A stretch of DNA of 33,981 nt. It comes from a virus (taxonomy: Duplodnaviria; Caudoviricetes). Location of the stretch: positions 1 to 33,981 of IMG/VR virus record IMGVR_UViG_3300021085_000113. One strand, written 5' to 3'. Below the pieces are notes generated by a model. It was not told where the DNA came from. It did not search any database and saw only the letters and a list, made by a program, of their open reading frames with translations. This document shows, one piece after another, positions 7,349 through 14,139 of this stretch. The translations under genes and the position numbers were made by a program. Positions within the stretch are counted from its first letter, which is position 1. Each line of letters starts with the position of its first letter.

Positions 7349-7970
7349 CCTTTGACCCTCCTTTTTTCATACTCTTATCTAATGCCTTGCGAAGAATTTT
7401 ATCTTCTTCCGAGGGGTCATTAGAAGTCCATTTACTTTGGTACCATTCTAATTGGTTTGGCTTGAGGTCACCCAAAGGGACGCCTGAATTTCTACCGAAA
7501 TGAATTTGAATTTCCTCCCATGAATCCACCACTACTGTTTCTACTGTTTCTACGGAAACAGGGGAGGGAGCAGTTACTTTTTCTGCCCCACCAGATTTTT
7601 TAACCTTAGTCCCCCCTCCCTGTTTCGTAAAAGCTTCAGTCGGTTCTTTATAAAGGTCTCTTCCAATGCCCCAATGAACACACGCTCTTTTAAAAGCATC
7701 GCTGAAATGTCCTTTCTCAGCTTCGAAATTCGACTCGGTACCAACATCCCACTTAGTTACCCATTCACCATCACTCTTTACGGAAACTCCGCAAATAAGG
7801 TGTCCGCCAATTTCTTTATATTCATTCTTCCAATTCTGTGGACCTACGCTTTGGTCGAGTCTGTCCATACAGAATCTCGCAGTAACATAGTCCATTTTAT
7901 TTCCACCTTTACCGGGTTTTTGTCCAATTCTTTTAGGCGGAGTTGGTTCGCCAATTTTTTTTATATCCAT
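7332..7970 (-). CDS. Sak/Rad52-family ssDNA annealing protein
   Basis: YVTAR.CMDRLD..VGPQNW, KWDVG, EKG.FSDAFKRACVHWGIGRDLY. Confidence 0.85.
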   Translation of the reverse strand: MDIKKIGEPTPPKRIGQKPGKGGNKMDYVTARFCMDRLDQSVGPQNWKNEYKEIGGHLICGVSVKSDGEWVTKWDVGTESNFEAEKGHFSDAFKRACVHWGIGRDLYKEPTEAFTKQGGGTKVKKSGGAEKVTAPSPVSVETVETVVVDSWEEIQIHFGRNSGVPLGDLKPNQLEWYQSKWTSNDPSEEDKILRKALDKSMKKGGSKDGFGA

Positions 7971-7982
7971 ATTATTATTCTT

Positions 7983-8222
7983 TTATATTTTTTCGTGTAT
8001 GTTGAATTCATTGCAATTCACGGGGTTCTTATTGCTACAAATCTCTTCGACTTCATCTCGTCTGTAGCGAAGCGACTTCAATGCAGGTAGCCTTATGGGT
8101 TTGAGAATATTCTCCTTCTCCCAGTGCTTTAAAAGCCTGTACCCCGCAGTACCACCGAGTCGAAGCATTTTCAAGACCTCACTGCCTTTCATTAGTGTTG
8201 AATTAGTAATTGTTTTATCCAT
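7983..8222 (-). CDS. Excisionase-like winged-helix protein
   Basis: LMKGSEVLKML....YR...W...IL.PIRL...LRYRRDEVE MerR/Xis-like pattern; first gene of the early operon. Confidence 0.7.
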   Translation of the reverse strand: MDKTITNSTLMKGSEVLKMLRLGGTAGYRLLKHWEKENILKPIRLPALKSLRYRRDEVEEICSNKNPVNCNEFNIHEKI

Positions 8223-8229
8223 GTGTTCT

Positions 8230-8257
8230 TTTGTAGCACTTGTGACAAGTGTTGCAA
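8230..8257 (-). promoter_or_regulatory. Leftward early promoter with an overlapping palindromic operator
   Basis: Minus strand TTGCAA-N16-TACAAA with extended TG; perfect inverted repeat CACTTGT-G-ACAAGTG at 8237-8251 in the spacer. Confidence 0.65.
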
Positions 8258-8293
8258 CTAAATAAGTAATTTAATTTTTTAAAATAAAACATG

Positions 8294-8321
8294 TTGACAT
8301 AATGAAGTGTAGTGTTACAAA
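8294..8321 (+). promoter_or_regulatory. Rightward promoter for the RHH gene
   Basis: TTGACA-N16-TACAAA with extended TG and an AT-rich upstream tract. Confidence 0.6.
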
Positions 8322-8377
8322 GTGTGTATCCCTAACTCATCTCCCTATCTTGCCCTCAACAATAAGAAAAGGACCAT

Positions 8378-8608
8378 ATGACAAAAATAAAACCAACCCA
8401 AATCGGCGTTAACTTTAGGTTACGGGCCGACCTTCATGAGGAAATGACTCAATTGCTATCTAAGACCGAAAAATCTTCCGCTTCGTTCATAACGAATGCA
8501 ATTGAAAACTACCTCGCCTTAATAAAACAAAAAACAAATCCCAATAAAGTTGCTCTAAAAATAGACCGCTTTGCCTGGGATTTGTGTCAAAAAATAGAAA
8601 ACAAATAA
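8378..8608 (+). CDS. Ribbon-helix-helix (Arc/CopG-like) regulator, candidate repressor
   Basis: VNFRL alternating strand followed by two helices (...SASFITNAIENYL); AAGGA SD; divergent from the early operon. Confidence 0.7.
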   Translation: MTKIKPTQIGVNFRLRADLHEEMTQLLSKTEKSSASFITNAIENYLALIKQKTNPNKVALKIDRFAWDLCQKIENK

Positions 8609-8613
8609 AATAT

Positions 8614-9042
8614 ATGCAAAATTCAACTATCAGCTACATTGACGGGGAAGAACAAATCCTCGAATTTCCCGTGTTGTCTGGGAACCTGAAAAATCTGAAA
8701 GTCAATGGAGAGGATATATTGCAAACACATGACATTGCCAAGAAAACTGAAACGCTTTCTCGGCAAATAAGAGTAATTGCAGTATTGGCAAGTTTGATTG
8801 CCATAGCGGTACTCGTGTTGGTATCTCTGATTTACCATTACGAGGATAATCAAAAAAGGAATTTAGCAACCTTATTGATAAACGAGAAAAATCATCACAT
8901 CGAGATGATTAATGCTGTCCACTCCCGGCAACACCTCGCGAGCAGACTATACGAATTGACTGGAAATACATGGGTCAAGGACAAGTGGGTAGTCGACCCA
9001 AATTGGGTGGAACTTGGCACCAACTTGTCACCAAGGCCCTGA
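8614..9042 (+). CDS. Single-pass membrane protein of the lysogeny operon
   Basis: Long hydrophobic segment VIAVLASLIAIAVLVLVSLIY; ATG 8614 follows the RHH stop. Confidence 0.65.
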   Translation: MQNSTISYIDGEEQILEFPVLSGNLKNLKVNGEDILQTHDIAKKTETLSRQIRVIAVLASLIAIAVLVLVSLIYHYEDNQKRNLATLLINEKNHHIEMINAVHSRQHLASRLYELTGNTWVKDKWVVDPNWVELGTNLSPRP

Positions 9043-9072
9043 GGGTCAGTAAAGACGGGGAAGTTAATCGCC

Positions 9073-9110
9073 TTACAAGTGAGGTGCTCTACCAGCTGAG
9101 CTAAGGTGGC
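9073..9110 (-). tRNA. 5' half (nt 1-38) of tRNA-Thr(UGU); a fragment, not a complete tRNA
   Basis: GCCACCT TA GCTC AGCTGGTA GAGC A CCTCA CTTGTAA; the next bases GGCGA cannot close the anticodon stem; no T-arm or acceptor 3' strand follows. Confidence 0.9.
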
Positions 9111-9134
9111 GAATCGCAAAAGCAATAAGCCAAC

Positions 9135-9162
9135 ACACTACTAAAATACAGAGGAAATGCAA
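9135..9162 (-). promoter_or_regulatory. Putative promoter reading into the tRNA half
   Basis: TTGCAT-N16-TAGTGT ending 24 nt before tRNA position 1. Confidence 0.5.
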
Positions 9163-9185
9163 CAATAAAGCCATTTTCCTTAAGT

Positions 9186-9221
9186 AAAAAGGGGCTTCTT
9201 TTAATCGAGAAGTCCTTTTTT
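9186..9221 (+). terminator. Intrinsic terminator, possibly bidirectional
   Basis: AAAAA-GGGGCTTCT-loop-AGAAGTCC-TTTTTT. Confidence 0.65.
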
Positions 9222-9311
9222 ATTTACTTCACTGTTCATCACGATTACTCATAAATTTACAGATTTTATGTCACCACTTATGTCACCATCCCCAAAAATC
9301 ATGTCACCACT

Positions 9312-10322
9312 ATGAAAAAGTATAAGCGAACGGTTAGGGGTGAAACTAAATATGTGATTGATGTTATGCATCATGGAAAGCGTAGGCGAAAAAGTTTTTC
9401 CGACTTTGGTGAGTCTCAAAGATTTGAGAAAGATGGTGGGCTGAATGAATGGTTGTCCAGTTTTGAAGAACAACCCGATGGGCATAATACTACGGTTTCG
9501 GTTGGAATAAAGAAATACTTAGAAAATTACCAAAGCAGATATCCAGATGCGAGGTGGAGTCATATAGAGTCGAGGCTAAGTTATTTATTAAAGTGGGGAC
9601 TTGGTGGTGAGAAAATTGACTCACTTGACGTTCAATACATTCAACGGCGGGTAGAGGAGCAAACTTCATGGAAAACAGCTTCAAGTAAGTACACCTATAA
9701 GAATCAATTTGTAATATTTTTAAATTGGTGCGGCTTAATGGGGTACTGCAAGAAAACCAAATGGGAAATTAAAACACTCAGAATGCCCCCGAAAGAAAGA
9801 GAGATTGGAATTTTAACTCCCAAACAAGCTGAACTGTTACTCAACGAAGATGGAGGCGAGCGAAATAATTCCCGTTCGTGGGAGAAATATAAACCATCCC
9901 TTGCTATTATGTTATTTGCCGGACTGCGACCGCAGGGTGAAATGGAAAAGCTTGATTACTCTCATATAAAGCATGGTGAGTCTATTAGCGTTCCCGCTTC
10001 AAAGACACCCTCTCGATTTATTACGGAATTGCCTGATAATTTGTGGTCATGGATACCCGATAAGAAAAGTGGCCCCGTGATGCCATCATGGAAGGGAATG
10101 AACCAAAGTCGGTCAAGAGCAGTTAAGAGACTAGGATTTAAATATCCAGGTGATGGAGCGAGGCATAGTTTCGGCTCGTATGGATACTGGATGTATGGAC
10201 TAGAGTGGACGATGCACACGATGGGTCACATGAACTACAATACCTTTAAAACTTACTACATGAATAAAAAAGTATCTAAAGCTGAAGCAAAAAAGTATTT
10301 TAGTATAGATACGGATTCGTAA
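9312..10322 (+). CDS. int: Tyrosine integrase
   Basis: FAGLRPQGE (R), SKT (K), DGARHSF (R), MGH, KTYY (Y); N-terminal arm-binding-like region. Confidence 0.92.
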   Translation: MKKYKRTVRGETKYVIDVMHHGKRRRKSFSDFGESQRFEKDGGLNEWLSSFEEQPDGHNTTVSVGIKKYLENYQSRYPDARWSHIESRLSYLLKWGLGGEKIDSLDVQYIQRRVEEQTSWKTASSKYTYKNQFVIFLNWCGLMGYCKKTKWEIKTLRMPPKEREIGILTPKQAELLLNEDGGERNNSRSWEKYKPSLAIMLFAGLRPQGEMEKLDYSHIKHGESISVPASKTPSRFITELPDNLWSWIPDKKSGPVMPSWKGMNQSRSRAVKRLGFKYPGDGARHSFGSYGYWMYGLEWTMHTMGHMNYNTFKTYYMNKKVSKAEAKKYFSIDTDS

Positions 10323-10347
10323 CCCTTTTCGTAACGCTTCGTAACGC
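10316..10347. repeat. Direct repeats TTCGTAAC x3 at the integrase stop
   Basis: Copies start at 10316, 10328 and 10338. Confidence 0.85.
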
Positions 10348-10459
10348 TTTTCTTGATTAAATAAGGTAGGAAAGTATTTTAATATTCACCCTCTAGAGCC
10401 GATAAGTAAAGGGATTTAGCACAATGGCTAAAGGCAGTCCCCTTTAACGATAGTTTGAC

Positions 10460-10483
10460 TTTGATCTAATAAATTAGGTCAAA
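10460..10483. promoter_or_regulatory. Palindromic late-region operator, best copy
   Basis: TTTGATCTAAT-AA-ATTAGGTCAAA, one mismatch. Confidence 0.7.
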
Positions 10484-10524
10484 ATGCTTGCCATGTACAA
10501 AGTTTTTATTTTAAGTTTTAAATT

Positions 10525-10740
10525 ATGGATAAACCAGCAGGAGAAATTATACACGAAGCATTCGGTGGTCAGTTGTCAGAATTTATGGATGACTACCTAA
10601 TAATTGGAATTAAGGCAGGGACTAAACAAAGAATGGTCCTAGATACCGTATCAGTTAAAAGGCGAAAAGGTGAAATGAAGGAAATAGTTAAAAAAGCTAT
10701 AGACTGGGCAAATAAGGATGAATTGGGAAAAGCTGAATGA
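10525..10740 (+). CDS. Hypothetical protein, first gene of the late block
   Basis: ORF track; preceded by TTGCCA-N18-TAAGTT. Confidence 0.65.
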   Translation: MDKPAGEIIHEAFGGQLSEFMDDYLIIGIKAGTKQRMVLDTVSVKRRKGEMKEIVKKAIDWANKDELGKAE

Positions 10741-11071
10741 TTTCCCCCCTCCCTTGGTTCGATGTTTAGCTAGGGTAAAGGCAAGGGGTCGGGCGGTTAG
10801 GGCATTAACTGATCAGGAGGTTGCAATTGGCTCAGGCGGATTAACGACTATTAAGGTTAGGGAGTTATCAAAATTTACTAATTGGTCTGAAGTTCCCATA
10901 GGTGAGGCAAAGCAGTTTTGCGATGGTTGTAGGTTTGACCCATTCTCAAGTGCCGACCGAAATCGAGCAGGGGCATACATGAGGAGTAATCCGCAATTTA
11001 TATTTTTAAGGCATCATCCACATTGGGAGTCCACATTCCTGCCATTAGTTAAATTAATTAAAGATGCCTAG
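10718..11071 (+). CDS. Hypothetical protein, possible HTH
   Basis: LTDQEVAIGSGGLTTIKVRELS resembles an HTH. Confidence 0.55.
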   Translation: MNWEKLNDFPPPLVRCLARVKARGRAVRALTDQEVAIGSGGLTTIKVRELSKFTNWSEVPIGEAKQFCDGCRFDPFSSADRNRAGAYMRSNPQFIFLRHHPHWESTFLPLVKLIKDA

Positions 11072-11735
11072 AGATAAAAAGTTTAGCGATGAGGAGGTTG
11101 GTGCTTCCATGAAGAAGGCTAAGATGTCTAAGCCTAAAGCAGCCGAAATACTTGGCGTTACACTTAATCACTTTAATAGAATAATAAGTCGGTCGGATAA
11201 ACTAAAGGCATTGTATAACCCCACTCAAGTGGGCGACCCCATCCCTGATAAGGTTGAGCTACTTACAAGAAGCGAGGATAGACCATTGACTGAAAGTGAA
11301 GCAGTAGCCGCTATCGAGCCACAAGGGGAATACTTAAAGGCGTTAAAGGGTCTTGGGTTAAAAGCAGAGACAATAAAATCAATTCGTGCCTTTGAGAAGT
11401 TTGAAAAGCATACAGGTTTATTAATGGTGGAGGCCTTAAAAGGCTACCAATCCTTAAATATTCAGCAGAATATGCAACTTTATGAAGTCTCACAGAGACT
11501 TAAAGAGGAACTAGAAACCACAGAAATGGATCCGGAGATGAAACTTCAGTACATCCGTTCCCTAACCCAAGTAAGTTCAGAAATAGGCAAAGGGTATGAT
11601 AGGACGCTTACAGGAATAAACATTATGTTAAAGATGCATAACGATGAGCAGTCTAAATCTAAGAAGAAAGCAGGCTTCCAACCACTCAAGAATCTTCAAC
11701 AGATGAAAAAAGATGCCGAAGGAGAATCCAATTAA
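11064..11735 (+). CDS. Putative terminase small subunit
   Basis: N-terminal HTH (KAAEILGVTLNHFNRII), helical body, upstream of terL. Confidence 0.5.
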   Translation: MPRDKKFSDEEVGASMKKAKMSKPKAAEILGVTLNHFNRIISRSDKLKALYNPTQVGDPIPDKVELLTRSEDRPLTESEAVAAIEPQGEYLKALKGLGLKAETIKSIRAFEKFEKHTGLLMVEALKGYQSLNIQQNMQLYEVSQRLKEELETTEMDPEMKLQYIRSLTQVSSEIGKGYDRTLTGINIMLKMHNDEQSKSKKKAGFQPLKNLQQMKKDAEGESN

Positions 11736-12003
11736 TAGCAAGGAAGTAGTAAGCGGACTTAAGAAATATTTAGCAAAAAAATATAATGAGAGAAGGGCTC
11801 CATTTAAAGCCATTAAAGAAGTGGGAAGTCTTGTTGACCAAGAGGTAGATTTGGAACCAAAGCCAGAAAGGTGGTTAAATTGCATTAATGGAGGCACTGA
11901 GGAGTATGAAGATATCCCTCCTGTATTTCCAAGATGGTTACTAGGTAAAAATGGACCTCTCACAAAATTAGAATATTTTAGAAGAAATGGGAAAACTAGA
12001 TAA
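11713..12003 (+). CDS. Hypothetical protein
   Basis: ORF track; bridges the TerS-like gene and terL. Confidence 0.55.
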   Translation: MPKENPINSKEVVSGLKKYLAKKYNERRAPFKAIKEVGSLVDQEVDLEPKPERWLNCINGGTEEYEDIPPVFPRWLLGKNGPLTKLEYFRRNGKTR

Positions 12004-13507
12004 AGATTTATTAGCCGAAAGGCTGGGTCAGGCAATAAAAGATGAAGGTGAGGTAGAGTCACTTCCTTGGACTCCAAGTCTCACTCCCACCCAACAGGAG
12101 ATGTTTGATTCCTCGGCTCTGTATATTCTTGCATATGGCGAAAGAGGAACAGGAAAAACCTACATATTGGGTGGTCATAAATTGGTAAGACATTTATGGG
12201 AAAACTTTAATGCACTAGCAGTATTAATAGTAGGTATAAAGTCTCAGGCTACAATGGGAGGGGTTTGGCATAAATTAAAAACAGAAATACTACCACTTTG
12301 GGAAGATGGAATTGGTATGCATGTAGCAGGGGAAAGGCAGGATGCACAGAAGAATTTATATATTGCAGTATCTAATAGATTTGGTGGTACAAGCCAGGTG
12401 TATTTAGTATCTGCGCCATATGGTACTTATATCAAAGATAGAATCAAAGGTTTTGAGCCAAGTTATGTATTTGTGGATGAGCTAACAAATTTAGACACAG
12501 ATGATTACTTTAATGCTGTTGTTCAGCAGTTAGGTAGAAGACCAGGTATTGATTCACCAATGCAGTACACTGCAGCTTGCAATCCTGACGGCCCATCGCA
12601 TTGGGTATATAAAAGGTTTTTCAAAACTCCGCTCAGGGATGGCAAGTATAATGAAGATTACTTTGTAAGACATTTAAAGATTGATGATAATAAAGATAAT
12701 CTCCCAGCAGGGTATTATGACCGGATTATGGAGGCTATTTCGGATGACCCGATTGAGGAAGCCCGAATGGTTAGAGGGGAATGGATTGACAGGCCAGCGG
12801 GTAACGCAATTTATAAACCCTACTTCGTGGAGGGAGTACATAGTAAAGCTGAATACCACCCATCTACTAAATTTCCAATTATATGCGGGTGGGACCCCGG
12901 TTCGGTTAATAATGCGATGATATTCATGCAAAGCATAGTTATGGGTGGTAAGCCAGTCTGGTTAGTGTTTGATGAAATAATACACAACGAGGAACATATC
13001 CCGTACACGCAACTAGTGGTAGAGGTGTTCAGGAAAATGAAGTACTGGAATCAAAAACTAGACCATGAGTTTAAGTATATTCATATATCGGATAATTCTG
13101 CATTTAATCAATACAGGGCAAAGACAGGTTCTTACGATGTCAGGGATATAGAAGAGATATCTAGGGAAAAACTTGAGAGCTTCAAGGAGTATAACCTCGA
13201 GGCAATAAAGCTAAAAGCGGCACCCAAGTTTAATGGGTCGGTAGAAACTAGAATAAGGTTACTTATTTCCAAGTTACAAAACGAAGAATTTTTACTTTCC
13301 AATAAATGCACATACCTAAAGAAGATGTTTTTTGGTTTAGTGTCAGAGAACACTAGTGGTAGCTTCGACCCAATGAAGTCATTTAAGCCTAGAAGAAATC
13401 AATATGTCCACTCCCATGATGCAATGACATACCCGATTCTGTATTACCATGCAGGCCCAGGTGCAATACAGACAACAAAATCAGAGATAATAGAAATCAA
13501 TGCTTGA
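11987..13507 (+). CDS. terL: Terminase large subunit
   Basis: TPTQ adenine-binding motif, GERGTGKT, YVFVDE, ACNP, GWDPG and HSHDA nuclease motifs. Confidence 0.92.
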   Translation: MGKLDKDLLAERLGQAIKDEGEVESLPWTPSLTPTQQEMFDSSALYILAYGERGTGKTYILGGHKLVRHLWENFNALAVLIVGIKSQATMGGVWHKLKTEILPLWEDGIGMHVAGERQDAQKNLYIAVSNRFGGTSQVYLVSAPYGTYIKDRIKGFEPSYVFVDELTNLDTDDYFNAVVQQLGRRPGIDSPMQYTAACNPDGPSHWVYKRFFKTPLRDGKYNEDYFVRHLKIDDNKDNLPAGYYDRIMEAISDDPIEEARMVRGEWIDRPAGNAIYKPYFVEGVHSKAEYHPSTKFPIICGWDPGSVNNAMIFMQSIVMGGKPVWLVFDEIIHNEEHIPYTQLVVEVFRKMKYWNQKLDHEFKYIHISDNSAFNQYRAKTGSYDVRDIEEISREKLESFKEYNLEAIKLKAAPKFNGSVETRIRLLISKLQNEEFLLSNKCTYLKKMFFGLVSENTSGSFDPMKSFKPRRNQYVHSHDAMTYPILYYHAGPGAIQTTKSEIIEINA

Positions 13508-13532
13508 TTTAATGACCTAATATATTAGATTC
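13504..13532 (+). promoter_or_regulatory. Promoter with operator copy
   Basis: TTGATT-N16-TAGATT overlapping TGACCTAAT-AT-ATTAGATTC; ATG 7 nt after the -10. Confidence 0.6.
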
Positions 13533-13538
13533 TAAAAT

Positions 13539-13817
13539 ATGAACACAATTCTACTAGACACTACGGATGATGAAAAAACACAAAATGCTTTCTCTGGGGT
13601 AAGCGAAGGACAAACGGTTGAGATGACCGTACAGGTTCTTATTAGCGAGAAGACGGACGAAAGAATTGCTGGAACAATTAAGCTTCCTGTAGATGAAGTT
13701 AGGCGCATGAAGGGTGACATTGACGACCAGAATGACGCGAATGAAATGGATGATGAAGATGAAGAGCCAGAGTCTGAGATTCCTGGTGGCGTACTTCGGT
13801 CTATGACAAATGGGTGA
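13539..13817 (+). CDS. Small acidic protein
   Basis: ORF track; D/E-rich tail. Confidence 0.65.
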   Translation: MNTILLDTTDDEKTQNAFSGVSEGQTVEMTVQVLISEKTDERIAGTIKLPVDEVRRMKGDIDDQNDANEMDDEDEEPESEIPGGVLRSMTNG

Positions 13818-14139
13818 TTTTCAAACTCCTGCATCACTTGCAGTTGAAATACACTATAAAAAACTAGACCTTCAGGATAAATGGAACGAAAGAAGAATCT
13901 CAAGACTATGTGGTTTTATTCGAATAAATCGAATGGAACTAGCAGCTTTAATTGGGGTACCTTTTCAGACTTTCCAAAGGCAACTATCAAGAAGGAAAAT
14001 AAATTTTTCGGCATGTATTCTACTTACAATTTTGGAACATTCCATAATTGGAGACTATGTCGATGACACAATACCAAATGTAATAATGGAGCCTTATGGT
14101 AAACTTAGACATACTCAAGAAGTTCGGATGCACACATGA
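13810..14139 (+). CDS. XRE-like HTH protein
   Basis: INRMELAALIGVPFQTFQRQL HTH pattern. Confidence 0.6.
   Translation: MGDFQTPASLAVEIHYKKLDLQDKWNERRISRLCGFIRINRMELAALIGVPFQTFQRQLSRRKINFSACILLTILEHSIIGDYVDDTIPNVIMEPYGKLRHTQEVRMHT

Larger units (their letters stand above)
9015..9309. other. attP site: core at the tRNA anticodon loop, flanked by arm-type repeats
   Basis: TG(G/T)CACCA at 9015-9022 and 9026-9033; ATGTCACCA at 9268-9276, 9280-9288 and 9301-9309; tRNA fragment between them; adjacent integrase. Confidence 0.8.

Noticed and set aside
9037-9110. Complete phage-encoded tRNA-Thr
   Set aside because: Sequence after the anticodon loop cannot pair with CCTCA; no GTTC T-loop or acceptor 3' strand follows, and I saw no 3' half elsewhere in the window
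9268-10352. CRISPR mini-array
   Set aside because: Repeats are only 8-12 nt with no 25-45 nt spacers; the Cas4-like protein sits in a recombination operon
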